A DNA stretch of 64,000 bases from Myxococcota bacterium. GTDB lineage: Bacteria; Myxococcota_A; UBA796; UBA2385. Positions 28,889 through 38,300 of the stretch are shown in pieces. The position numbers were made by a program, and so were the translations under genes. The stretch is from contig JBIJDH010000029.1 in assembly GCA_044344255.1 (NCBI GenBank), positions 1 through 64,000 on the forward strand. Direction: 5' to 3'. Position 1 is the first letter of the stretch, and every line of letters begins with the position of its first letter. The notes below the pieces were generated by a model. It made no database searches and had not been told where the DNA came from. It was given only the letters and a program-made list of their open reading frames with translations.

Positions 28889-29682
28889 TTGGGCAGCCGA
28901 CCGGTCTCGGCCTCGCAGCGGCGGATGTGCTCTTCCAGCGCCGACCGGGCGTTGGCGACGGCGGCCAGCTCGGCGTTCGCGATAGGATCAGTCACGAAGT
29001 GGTTCAAATTGTACAGATCATTCGTGATCTCGCCCCGATCGGCCCCACAGGTGAAGGGGTCCCCCTCTTTGTAGCTGTACGGATTGTCCACCCAATAGGT
29101 CCACTGGTCGAGGTACCAGCCCTCCGCACCGCCCCCATCGCTGGTCCACACCGCGACCCGCTCTCCCCCCTCGATCATCTCCGCGAGCGTCGGCCAGGGC
29201 TCCCCCGCCTCATGGTGGAGGACGAGGTCGAGCAGGCCGCTCTCGGCGAAGGCGGCCTCCGTGGTGGCCGCATCGACGTAAGCCTCGAAGGTGATGATCA
29301 ACACCTCATCGGGGTTCTCATCGAGGAAGGCACGGATCTCTCCGAGGCCCTCTACCAACGGCTGGCTGCCGAGCGAACAATAGCCGTGGCAGAGCTGCGC
29401 GACGCCCGCCGCCTCTCCCTCGGTGCCGAGGTGGGTGTCGAGGTTGAGGCCGCGGACGCCGGCCTCGAGCTGCGCGGGCACCGCGACGTGCTGGTTTGGC
29501 CCGAGCCAGCCGCGCTCCTCGGAGGACATGGCGTTGTGGGTGGCGGCGAAGGTCACCTGATCGAGGCGCCGATCGCAGCGCGCCTCGTCTCCGTTACAGC
29601 GGAGCGCGCCGCCCTTCGCGCCCGGCCCGGCGCAGGCCAAGAGGGCGGCCGAGGCGAGCAGGAGCGGGGAATACGGGGACAT
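28756..29682 (-). CDS. PI-PLC X-domain (PLC-like phosphodiesterase) lipoprotein
   Basis: Lipobox LLAC; ATHNA, QLEAGVRGLNLDTH, LCHG, NHF, PNQVLVDF. Confidence 0.85.
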   Translation of the reverse strand: MSPYSPLLLASAALLACAGPGAKGGALRCNGDEARCDRRLDQVTFAATHNAMSSEERGWLGPNQHVAVPAQLEAGVRGLNLDTHLGTEGEAAGVAQLCHGYCSLGSQPLVEGLGEIRAFLDENPDEVLIITFEAYVDAATTEAAFAESGLLDLVLHHEAGEPWPTLAEMIEGGERVAVWTSDGGGAEGWYLDQWTYWVDNPYSYKEGDPFTCGADRGEITNDLYNLNHFVTDPIANAELAAVANARSALEEHIRRCEAETGRLPNQVLVDFFDEGDVLDVVEALEGPAGSGAAAGTTGRRSPHTVSPR

Positions 29683-29885
29683 CGGGGCCTCCATCATGCC
29701 AAGCGCCCTCATCCTGTCACAGTCTCGTCATGACACAGCCCCGTCCGACCACCGCCGGGCGCCGCAGTGACGGGTCCGGTCAGGCGCCTGACAGATCTCG
29801 GCAGGTCGCGGCGGGTCGTTCCACGAGGCTCCCGAGAAAGGGCGTTTCCGCCAACGTGGAACTTCGATCTCGGCAGGGGTGTCGA

Positions 29886-29901
29886 TGGCATACTTGTTGC
29901 A
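29886..29901 (+). promoter_or_regulatory. sigma54 (-24/-12) promoter
   Basis: TGGCAT-ACTTG-TTGCA, correct GG-N10-GC spacing, in an intergenic AT-rich patch. Confidence 0.7.
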
Positions 29902-30022
29902 ACATTTTACGAATCGTGACCCTTCCCGACCTACACCGCATGCGCCCCCCCCCTGTCCCACCGCACCGTGGTTCGGCGGCTCCCAGGAGGAGCCCCTCGC
30001 CCCTGCGCGTGGGGTGCGCGGG

Positions 30023-31213
30023 ATGATCTTCGGTCAGCGCGTCCTCATCGTCTTTGAGGCCGAGGGCCCCCGCGCCGAGCGGGCCCTCGAACAGCTGGCT
30101 CGGAACATCGACGGCTACGGGCACCTGCGAAAGAACACAGTCGACCTCCTGCTCCGCGGCTCCCCCCTGGTGCCTCCCCTGGGGCTCCCCTTTCGGGCCG
30201 TCCGTGAGCTCGGCCCCCTCGAGCCCGAGCTCTTCCCCGGCTTGGGCGCCGAGCAGCTCCGCCACCTCGAGGGGGCCGGCGCGCCGCTGCTACCGCTGCT
30301 CTTCGCCGCCCGCGAGGCGTACGACCACGTCCTGCTCTGGGACGGCGCCGAGCACCCGGTCGCCGCGGTCGGGCCCCGCGAGCGGCCCCAGCTCGCCGCG
30401 ACCGACGTCCTCGGCGCGCACCTCAGCCCGGACGCCGATCTCACGCTCGGCTTCGTCACCGGCTACACCTCACCGCTCCCCGGCTTCGACGCCGCCGGGC
30501 TCAGCCCCTCCGCCGTGGAGGCCTTCTCGGCTGCGCTGCAGCTCATCGCCCCCCACATCGACCCCGAGCCCCTGCTCGGCCCCCGCCGGCCGCTGCGCGC
30601 CCTCGCATCCCTGCCTGCGAATCGGCGAATCACCGACGCCGACGAGATGCCGACCTACCAGGGCAACCTCTGCATCCGCGTGGCCGCCATCCGAGAGGGC
30701 CGCCTCCCCGCCTTCCACGCTTCGCCCGGCGGAGCCGTCGAGACCCTGGGCGACTTCTCCCACGCCCGGGTGATGGGGGTGCCTGCCGGGAGCTTCCGGG
30801 ACACCATCGGGGAGCAGCCCGCGCTCGACCGCCCCGAGCTGCCCACCCGCTTTGAGGCCCCGGAGCGGGACGCCGAGGCCGCGTTGCGCCGCTTCGGCGT
30901 CGCGCTCCGCTCCGCGATCGCGCAGGCGCCGCTGCGGGTGCACCTGCAAGACGGCGCCCTCGCCTGGGTCCGCCTCGCCGAGCTGAGCATCCGCCTCCGC
31001 CCCCTCGACGCCCGGCTCCACGCCGAGTGGCCGGCCCTGGCCGCCCTGCTGCCGGGGGGCCTCTCCGGCGGACTCGACGCCGCCATCCGGCGCCTCCCGC
31101 GGGATGTCGCCGCGCTGGAGGACACCCGCCGCCTCTGGGGAGGCCTCTGGGGCCCGAGGGGGCAGCCCCGCCGCGGCGCCGTCGGCCTGCCCACCCTCGC
31201 CCTCCCAGGCTAA
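30023..31213 (+). CDS. hypothetical protein
   Basis: Long ORF with typical codon usage; start placed at ATG 30023 because it lies downstream of the sigma54 site. Confidence 0.65.
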   Translation: MIFGQRVLIVFEAEGPRAERALEQLARNIDGYGHLRKNTVDLLLRGSPLVPPLGLPFRAVRELGPLEPELFPGLGAEQLRHLEGAGAPLLPLLFAAREAYDHVLLWDGAEHPVAAVGPRERPQLAATDVLGAHLSPDADLTLGFVTGYTSPLPGFDAAGLSPSAVEAFSAALQLIAPHIDPEPLLGPRRPLRALASLPANRRITDADEMPTYQGNLCIRVAAIREGRLPAFHASPGGAVETLGDFSHARVMGVPAGSFRDTIGEQPALDRPELPTRFEAPERDAEAALRRFGVALRSAIAQAPLRVHLQDGALAWVRLAELSIRLRPLDARLHAEWPALAALLPGGLSGGLDAAIRRLPRDVAALEDTRRLWGGLWGPRGQPRRGAVGLPTLALPG

Positions 31214-31255
31214 TCCTCCACGGGCGGCCCCTCCCTGCGCGCCCCGGGAGCGGGA

Positions 31256-32467
31256 GTGACGAGACCGCGGCGCCTCCGTGCACTTGGACAGTGGCTCATC
31301 CTGGGATCGACCGTCGGGGTGGTGTCGGGGAGCGCCTCCGCCCTCTTCCTCACCCTGCTCGACCTCGCCACCGAGACCCGCGAGGCGCACGAGGGCCTCG
31401 TCTTTGCCCTGCCCGCGGCGGGCCTGTTCATCGGCTGGTTCTATGAGCGCTACGGGGCCCCCATCCGGGGTGGCAACAACCTCGTCATCGACACCCTCCA
31501 CACCTCCCTTCGCCAGGACGGCCCCGCCCTCCCCCTCCGTATGGCGCCGATGGTGCTCTTCGGCACCGTGCTCACCCACCTCTTCGGCGGCAGCGCCGGG
31601 CGCGAGGGCACCGCCGTGCAGATGGGGGCGAGCCTCGCCGACGCCCTGGCCCACCGCCTCGGGCTCCCGCGCGAGCTCCGTCGACAGCTGCTCATCGCCG
31701 GGGTGGCAGGCGGCTTCGGCTCGGTCTTCGGCACCCCCGTCGCCGGGGCCCTGTTCGGCCTCGAGCTCCCGACGCTCGGTCGGATCGACTCCCGCGCCGC
31801 GGCCCCCGCCTTGGTGGCCGCGCTCGTCGGCGACATGACCACTCGCGCCTGGGGCGTCACCCACAGCGCCTACCCCCTCGCCCCCACGGTCGCGCTCGGG
31901 CCGGGCCTCGCCCTGCGCTGGCTGCTCTTCGCCGGCGCGGTCGCCCTCGTCTCCGCCGTCTTCATCGAGCTCACCCACCACATCAAGGGGCTCGGTGAGC
32001 GGCTCATCCCCCGGCTGCCGCTGCGCCTCTTCGTCGGCGGCGCGGCCCTCGTCGGCCTCTGGCAGCTCGCGGGCACGAGCGACTACCTCGGCCTCGGGGT
32101 CCCGACGATCCTCCGCGCCTTCTCCGATCCCGCGCTGCCGGCCCACACCTTCGCCCTCAAGCTCCTCTTCACGTCGCTCACGCTCGGCGTGGGCTTCCTC
32201 GGCGGAGAGGTGACGCCGCTCTTCTTCATCGGCGCCGCCCTCGGGAGCGCGCTCTCACCCTGGATCGGGGTCCCCACGGCGCTCGGCGCGGGTGTGGGCC
32301 TCGCCGCGGTCTTCGGCGCCGCGTCGAACACGCCGATCGCGCTCTCGATCATGGCGGTGGAGCTGCTCGGCGCCGGCGCCCTCCCCCACGTCGCCCTCGT
32401 CTCGGTCGCCGCCTGCTTCTTCAAGGGGAAACGGAGCATCTACCCCGCGCAACGGGCCGAAGGATGA
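31256..32467 (+). CDS. eriC: CLC-family channel, fluoride/H+ antiporter (CLC-F) subtype
   Basis: GNNLV, GREGT and GEVTP motifs, the CLC-F signatures. Confidence 0.88.
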   Translation: MTRPRRLRALGQWLILGSTVGVVSGSASALFLTLLDLATETREAHEGLVFALPAAGLFIGWFYERYGAPIRGGNNLVIDTLHTSLRQDGPALPLRMAPMVLFGTVLTHLFGGSAGREGTAVQMGASLADALAHRLGLPRELRRQLLIAGVAGGFGSVFGTPVAGALFGLELPTLGRIDSRAAAPALVAALVGDMTTRAWGVTHSAYPLAPTVALGPGLALRWLLFAGAVALVSAVFIELTHHIKGLGERLIPRLPLRLFVGGAALVGLWQLAGTSDYLGLGVPTILRAFSDPALPAHTFALKLLFTSLTLGVGFLGGEVTPLFFIGAALGSALSPWIGVPTALGAGVGLAAVFGAASNTPIALSIMAVELLGAGALPHVALVSVAACFFKGKRSIYPAQRAEG

Positions 32468-32763
32468 CAGCCGAAGCTTGACAATTGCACAGGCCATCGT
32501 GAATGCGTCGAGGTGCGCGAAGCGAAGCCCTCCGTCCAGCGACTTCCAATTCGGAATCTTCGGCGGATTGATCCCAATTCGGCCCCCTCGCAAGTCCTCC
32601 CCTGAAAACCTTATCAATTGCACATACGCGGGCGGGCCGGTGGCCGAGCGCGCCCCGCGGATGGTCGTGGAGCGCAAGCCACTCTGACCGGAGGCCCCGT
32701 GGAGGGGCGGGCCCCCGTGGCCGGGCCCCCTCGCGAGAGGTAGAGCAGGCGCCGAGGGCGAAC

Positions 32764-33594
32764 ATGGGCACGAACACCATCACCCCGGGGACGCTGGCCT
32801 GGACTGTGCTCCAGCGCCTCGTGGAAGACCCGGGCGCCCTGACCGGGGCAGACCTCGCCCTCGATCTCGCCGCCGAGCTCGGAGAGGCGCCGCCCCCCTT
32901 GCCGCCGCTCCGCTGCGCCGCCGGCGCGCCGCCGACACGGTGGGCCCGCTACGGGCTGCGGCCGGTCTTCTCCACCTTCGCAGACCTCACCCGTCGCCGC
33001 GAGCAGCGAGCCGCGCACGCGGAGCTCGTCACCCTCCACCGCCGGCGGGCCCGGGCGGCGATGGCCCGCCTCGTCGACGCCCTCGAGGCCGAGGGCCTCG
33101 TCGAGCCGCGCCGCGCCGAGATCTCGCTCTCCCCCTCCTTCGCCGCCCAGGTCGAAGCCCGCGGGCTCCTCCACGCCATCGCCTTCTCTCGGATGAGCGC
33201 GCCGCTCTTCGTCGACCGCCCCGCCGCGGCCAGCGGCTGGGAGGGCGGCCAGGTCTCTCCGGAGGGCGAGGTCACCCTCTCCGATGAGGCCGACGAGGTC
33301 GCGATCGACGAGGAGGCGCCCCCCGAAGACGCGGCGCTCACGCAGGGCGAGGCCGCGCCAGCGCCCGCCGGGCCCGCCGCCGCGCCGGTCCGCCGTCAGA
33401 CCGCAGACACGCTCCGCCGCGCCCTCCTCGAGGCCCTCCAGCGGGGCCCCTGCTCCCGCGAGGCGTTGCTCGGTCCGTCGCCCACCCGCGCCGGCCTGCG
33501 CGCGCTCGCCGACCTCGCTGAACAGGGCATGATCAGCCTGCCCGCCTGTCGTTGGCCCTCCGAGGCGGGCCGCCAGCTCATCCTCGTCGGCTGA
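32764..33594 (+). CDS. hypothetical protein (possible winged-helix-like segments)
   Basis: RBS GAGG; LEAEGLV and LAEQGMI ends resemble wHTH wings; acidic linker between them. Confidence 0.6.
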   Translation: MGTNTITPGTLAWTVLQRLVEDPGALTGADLALDLAAELGEAPPPLPPLRCAAGAPPTRWARYGLRPVFSTFADLTRRREQRAAHAELVTLHRRRARAAMARLVDALEAEGLVEPRRAEISLSPSFAAQVEARGLLHAIAFSRMSAPLFVDRPAAASGWEGGQVSPEGEVTLSDEADEVAIDEEAPPEDAALTQGEAAPAPAGPAAAPVRRQTADTLRRALLEALQRGPCSREALLGPSPTRAGLRALADLAEQGMISLPACRWPSEAGRQLILVG

Positions 33595-33867
33595 GGCCGC
33601 GCCCCCGCAGGCGCGCGCGGCGCCGAGGGCGGTAAACGCGAACGGCGAACGCCTACGACCCGTGCACCGCTCGCCGAACGAGCGCGCACCGGACCCGGAT
33701 GAGCGCGCATCGCCGCCGCCGCCCGGGGGACGGCGACCACGTGGACCGATCGGTGGCAGACAGAATCGAAATTACCTTTGTACAACGACAACCTTCCCCC
33801 ATCGGCGGGCACACCCGCCCTCCCTCGCTCGGCCGACCCCGCTCGCCCGCCGGGGGCTCCGCCGGGC

Positions 33868-33883
33868 TGGCACGGGGCTTGCT
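33868..33883 (+). promoter_or_regulatory. sigma54 (-24/-12) promoter
   Basis: TGGCAC-GGGGC-TTGCT is an exact match to the consensus TGGCAC-N5-TTGCW. Confidence 0.8.
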
Positions 33884-33966
33884 TTGGTCTGTGTCACATC
33901 GGCGCCGCGACGCAAGAAGCGACGGAGGCCGATGGACAGACCGCCCGACCCCGAACGGAGCTCACC

Positions 33967-34032
33967 ATGAAGACGCGCACCAACTTGAAGTCCGGTTTCA
34001 ACCCCCAGCCCGACCCCCCAGGTCGCCACTGA
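33967..34032 (+). CDS. 21-aa micropeptide MKTRTNLKSGFNPQPDPPGRH
   Basis: GGAG RBS 6 nt before the ATG; sigma54 promoter upstream; strong hairpin downstream. Confidence 0.7.
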   Translation: MKTRTNLKSGFNPQPDPPGRH

Positions 34033-34070
34033 GCCTTTGAACTCAGCCGATTGACTTGTGACACCGAGCA

Positions 34071-34105
34071 GCCCCCGACACACCGCGATCCGGCGTGTCG
34101 GGGGC
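34071..34105 (+). terminator. stable hairpin 3' of the micropeptide gene (terminator or mRNA stabiliser)
   Basis: gcccccgacac (34071-34081) pairs perfectly with gtgtcgggggc (34095-34105); no clear U-tract. Confidence 0.55.
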
Positions 34106-34175
34106 GCGCTCATTTGGGGCCGTTTGGGGCGCGCACCCGGCCGGACGCCGCGGTGAGGCCGCGCTACGAAGAGGG

Positions 34176-34979
34176 ATGTCCACCGCGACCGATCGGCCCC
34201 AGCCTCCTCCCGCCGCGGATGGCCCAGAACCCGGCGCCCCCGCCCTCGAGCTCCTCCACCTTACGAAGCGCTTCGGCGAGAAGGTGGCGGTGGACAACCT
34301 CAACCTCACCGTCCCCCAGGGCGCCTTCCTCGGGCTCCTCGGCCGCAACGGCGCGGGCAAGTCCACGACCCTCAAGATGGCGACCGGGCTCATCGACCCC
34401 ACCGCGGGCTCCGTGCGGGTGCTGGGCCACGATCTGCGGGGGGCGCCGATCGCCGCGCGCCGCCTCATGGGCGTCGTCCCCGAAGACATGGCCCTGCTCG
34501 AGCTGCTCACCGGCCGGCAGTACCTCCGCTTCGTCGGTCGGATGTATGGCCTCGACGACGGGACGGCTGACCGTCGGGGCGCTGAGCTCTGCGAGACCCT
34601 CGACCTCCGGCCCGGCCCTCGCACCCTGGTGGCCGACTACAGCTTCGGGATGAAGAAGAAGCTCGCCTTCTCCGCCGCGCTCCTCCACGGGCCCCGCATC
34701 CTCTTCCTCGACGAGCCCTTCGAGGGCATCGACGCCGTCACGAACCGCACGATCAAGGACATCCTGCTCGCCCTGCGGGACCGCGGCGTGACGCTCATCC
34801 TCACCAGCCACATCCTCGAGGTGGTCGAGCGGCTCTGCCCCGACATCGCCATCATCGACGAAGGCCGGCTCCTCGGGCACGGCCCGCTGGGGGCGCTCCT
34901 CGACGGCGGGGGCTCGCTCGAGCGCCGCTTCCTCGAGCTCGTCGGCGGCGCCCCCCGGAGCGCCCCCGCGTGGCTCTGA
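34176..34979 (+). CDS. ABC transporter ATP-binding protein (ABC-2 export type)
   Basis: Walker A GRNGAGKST, signature YSFGM, Walker B LFLDEP, H-loop TSH. Confidence 0.92.
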   Translation: MSTATDRPQPPPAADGPEPGAPALELLHLTKRFGEKVAVDNLNLTVPQGAFLGLLGRNGAGKSTTLKMATGLIDPTAGSVRVLGHDLRGAPIAARRLMGVVPEDMALLELLTGRQYLRFVGRMYGLDDGTADRRGAELCETLDLRPGPRTLVADYSFGMKKKLAFSAALLHGPRILFLDEPFEGIDAVTNRTIKDILLALRDRGVTLILTSHILEVVERLCPDIAIIDEGRLLGHGPLGALLDGGGSLERRFLELVGGAPRSAPAWL

Positions 34980-36583
34980 ACGACCCGCCGCCGAGCGCCC
35001 TGCGCGCGGTCTGGCTCACCTTTCGGGCCCTCGCTGCTGCCCACCTCCTCGGGAGCTGGAACCGCCTCGGTCGACAGGCCGGGGTCGAGGGTCGGGCGGC
35101 GGTGGTCGCCCTCTACCTGCTCCTCGTGCTCTCCCTCGTCCTGCCCCTCCTCGCAGGCTTCGGCGCCCTCGGCTACCTGCTCGGTGAGACCCTCTCCGAC
35201 GGGGGGCCGGGGCTCCCGCTTGGGGGTGCCCTGCTGACCCTCTTCCCCGTCGTGGCCGGCGGCTTCGGCGGCCTGTCGAGCGGCTCACGCCAGCTCCCCT
35301 GGGAGACGCTGCGGGGCTTCCCCGTCCGCCCGACCGTGCTCTTCGGCGCCGAGCTCTTCGCCGGGGGCGCGGAGGCCGTCACCCTGATCGAGCTCGCCGC
35401 CCAGGCCTCCCTGCTCCTCGGCGTGGCGGTCGCGGTCCCCCGCGCGGCCCCGCTGCTCCTCGTGCTCCTCACTTCGCACACCCTCTTGCTGCTCGCCTTT
35501 CAGCAGCTCATCGGCAGCCTCGCCGAGCGGATGGCCCGGCGTGTCCGCCTGCTGCTGCTCCTGCTCCCGCTCACCGCCGTCTCGATGCCGTGGTTGATCG
35601 AGCAGCTCCGCGCCGCCTGGGGTGACCGCGGGCCCGGCCCGGCCTGGTCGGCCCTCCAGCAGGCATCGAGCCTGCTGCCCGCCTCGCGGCTCCTCGCCGC
35701 CGCCGCTGACACCCTCCAGGGGCGGGCCGATCCGACCGACCTCCTGCTCGCGGCGCTCGCCGTGGCCGGCTCGGCGCTGGGTGCCGTGGCGTTGGCCTAC
35801 TCCTTCGTCTCTCGAGAGCGGGCCCTCGACCTCGACCTCGGCGGTGGCCACGAGCGCCTCTGGACCTTCCGAAGCCCGGCCCTCGGGATCGCCCGGCTCC
35901 AGTGGCGGGCCCTCGCGAGCAGCCTCCCCGGCCGCTTCGGCCTGATGGTGCCGCTCTTCACGGTGGTCCTCGTGCGCGGGCCGCTGGCCACCTTCCTGCC
36001 GAGCTCCGGCTGGGCGGTGCCCCTCGCCTTCGCCTACGCGGCGATGGCCGGCGCCAACCTGCTCTTCAACCAGTTCGGACTCGACCGTCATGGCGTGAAG
36101 GTGCTGCTGCTCCTGCCCATCGAGCCCGAGGCCCTCCTCCGCGGCAAGCTGCTCGGCTTCGCCGCCTGGCAGGCCCTCCAGGCGCTGCTCCTCGTCCTGC
36201 TGCTCTCCCTCGGGGGGCGAGGAACGCCGACCTCCCTGCTCACCGGCGTCCTCCTCTACGCCTGCATCTTCCTCGTGCTCGCCCTGGTGGGCCAGCGGGT
36301 GAGCCTGTGGCTGCCCCGCCCGCTGAAGAAGAACGGCCTCCGGGCTGGCCAGCCGCCCTTCCTCCTCATGCTGCTCATCACGCTCTCCACCCTCGGCACG
36401 ACCGGCGGCCTCTTCGGCCTCCTCCTCCTCCTCCGCCACTTCGTCGCCGGCTGGGCGCCGCTCGGGCTCGTCGTCGTGACGGGCGCCCTCACGCTCTGCC
36501 TCGGGCCCGCCCTCCGGTGGAACGCCCGGTACCTCGTCGAGAGCCGGGAGCGGCTGGTCGAGACCCTCGGCGCCTCGGGCTGA
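34970..36583 (+). CDS. ABC-2-type exporter permease (large, multi-TM)
   Basis: Overlaps the ATPase stop; many TM segments; NQFGLDRHG...LLRGK motif. Confidence 0.8.
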   Translation: MALNDPPPSALRAVWLTFRALAAAHLLGSWNRLGRQAGVEGRAAVVALYLLLVLSLVLPLLAGFGALGYLLGETLSDGGPGLPLGGALLTLFPVVAGGFGGLSSGSRQLPWETLRGFPVRPTVLFGAELFAGGAEAVTLIELAAQASLLLGVAVAVPRAAPLLLVLLTSHTLLLLAFQQLIGSLAERMARRVRLLLLLLPLTAVSMPWLIEQLRAAWGDRGPGPAWSALQQASSLLPASRLLAAAADTLQGRADPTDLLLAALAVAGSALGAVALAYSFVSRERALDLDLGGGHERLWTFRSPALGIARLQWRALASSLPGRFGLMVPLFTVVLVRGPLATFLPSSGWAVPLAFAYAAMAGANLLFNQFGLDRHGVKVLLLLPIEPEALLRGKLLGFAAWQALQALLLVLLLSLGGRGTPTSLLTGVLLYACIFLVLALVGQRVSLWLPRPLKKNGLRAGQPPFLLMLLITLSTLGTTGGLFGLLLLLRHFVAGWAPLGLVVVTGALTLCLGPALRWNARYLVESRERLVETLGASG

Positions 36584-36829
36584 GCGCGGGCCCCCGCCTC
36601 TCGCCTCCCGGGGCCCCACCCGGCCAGGCGTGGACCGCCCGCTGCTGTTCTTGACTTGCGTACACTCTCACAACAAACACCTGACACTCTGCATGACAAC
36701 TGCAAACCATAGCGTTTTAACTGCATTATTTAAACAACAACAAGAATAAAGGTTGGCATCCTGAGGCCGCTTGACGTCCCTTGACACAGCTTTGCTTTCG
36801 GTCCTGACGGCTGCGTGCATGTTGTCAGC

Positions 36830-38269
36830 ATGCGAACCAAGACCCCCGCCTTCCTCACGCTCTCCCTCTCGCTGTGTGCCAGCGCCCTCGTCGTCGGCTG
36901 CGCGTCGAAGCCGGCGCCGGCCTTCTCGGAGGGCGACGTCGACACCGCGCAGCTCGGAACGTGTCAGGCGGATCCCGATAACTCCACCCGCGCGACCTGC
37001 ACGGTCAACGTGACCTCACCCACCCGGATCGAGGTGGAGATGGACCTCGGGATGGAGCTCGTCACCGAGGCTCGGCAGGTCGAGACTGGACAGACCAGCT
37101 TTACGGTGAACGGACTGATCGCAGACACTGTTGTTCAGTGGTCCCTGGCCTCGGAAGACAACGAGCAGAGCGGAGAGCTACACACCGCGAAGCAGGGCGA
37201 CGCTCACCGGGTCCCGCTCAAGATCACCGACAGCGGGCGGTCCACCGTGAAGCAGGTGCTCCTGCCCGGCATGTGCGGGGAGTCGAGCGAGCTTTACGTG
37301 GTGGACGCCAAGGGCCATGTGCGCTGGTACGGAGACCTTGACCCGGAGGGGCGCGCCTCCCCGAGCTGGGTCACAGCCCTGTCCGTCTCGGACGAGGGCA
37401 CCTTCGTCGGCATGGTGGGCGACTCCCGCATCGCTGAGGTCACCCTCGACGGGGAGCTCGGCCTCGAGCTGGAGCGCGGCCGCGACTTCGACCTCCCGGT
37501 CCACCACGACCTGTCGCTCCAGGGCGGTCGACTCCGCGCGCTGATGGCCGACGAGATCACAGCGCCGGACGGCATCCGCCAGGTGGTGGACGGCGTCTAC
37601 ACCTTCGACGCCGAGGGCGCGCTCGAGGACGAGTGGCTGATCTCCGACCACCTCACCCTGCCGCTCGAGCTCCCGCCCGACGCCACAGACAACGGCGTCT
37701 GGAAGGAGGAGTGGCCGGGGGCCTATGACGTCACCCACGCCAACTCGCTGGCCGTCGACGCGCAGGGCGACCTGCTCATCTCGGCGCGCCACCTCGACGC
37801 CGTGATCCACGTCAAGGGGCTCGACGACGCGGAGCCCGGCCGGATCGACTGGACGCTCGCCGCCTCGGGCATCATCCCCTCCACCTTCCGGGTGGACAGC
37901 GCGGTGCAGGGCACCTCGACCTTCGCCTCCCAGCACCACGCGACCTGGATCGACGGCACCCACCTCCGCCTCTTCAACAACGGCGGCCCCTTCGAGACCC
38001 CGAGCTCCGTCCCCTCGACCGCGCTCAGCCTCTCGCTCGATCCTGTCACCGGCGTGGCCACCATTGAGGAGAGCGTGAGCTACAGCAGCTTCTGTGACTT
38101 TGGAGGCTCCGCCTATCCCCTGCCCTCGGGCAACCTCCTGCTCTCCTGCTCGGAGGGCGCCTCGGCGATCGAGGTCGAGCCGAGCGGGGAGGTGGTGTGG
38201 CGGATGGTCGCCGACTGCGGGGGCTCTCCCGCGGTGCTCGTTCGCGCGATCCCGGTCGACCTGTTCTGA
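36830..38269 (+). CDS. aryl-sulfate sulfotransferase (ASST)-family lipoprotein
   Basis: Lipobox VVGC; HHD, HANS, ISARH, QHH, LFNNG; beta-propeller repeats. Confidence 0.8.
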   Translation: MRTKTPAFLTLSLSLCASALVVGCASKPAPAFSEGDVDTAQLGTCQADPDNSTRATCTVNVTSPTRIEVEMDLGMELVTEARQVETGQTSFTVNGLIADTVVQWSLASEDNEQSGELHTAKQGDAHRVPLKITDSGRSTVKQVLLPGMCGESSELYVVDAKGHVRWYGDLDPEGRASPSWVTALSVSDEGTFVGMVGDSRIAEVTLDGELGLELERGRDFDLPVHHDLSLQGGRLRALMADEITAPDGIRQVVDGVYTFDAEGALEDEWLISDHLTLPLELPPDATDNGVWKEEWPGAYDVTHANSLAVDAQGDLLISARHLDAVIHVKGLDDAEPGRIDWTLAASGIIPSTFRVDSAVQGTSTFASQHHATWIDGTHLRLFNNGGPFETPSSVPSTALSLSLDPVTGVATIEESVSYSSFCDFGGSAYPLPSGNLLLSCSEGASAIEVEPSGEVVWRMVADCGGSPAVLVRAIPVDLF

Positions 38270-38300
38270 GCCGCCCCGCTCGCTGCGCTAAGCTCTGGCG

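Noticed and set aside
31214..31255. Fluoride riboswitch upstream of CLC-F
   Set aside because: The gap is too short and lacks a recognisable consensus.
33778..33966. 84-aa version of the micropeptide ORF
   Set aside because: The upstream start lacks an RBS and lies before the sigma54 promoter; ATG 33967 has a well-spaced GGAG.
36781..36796. TTGACACAGCTTTGCT as a sigma54 promoter
   Set aside because: It lacks the invariant GG at -24 and the spacing is off by one.
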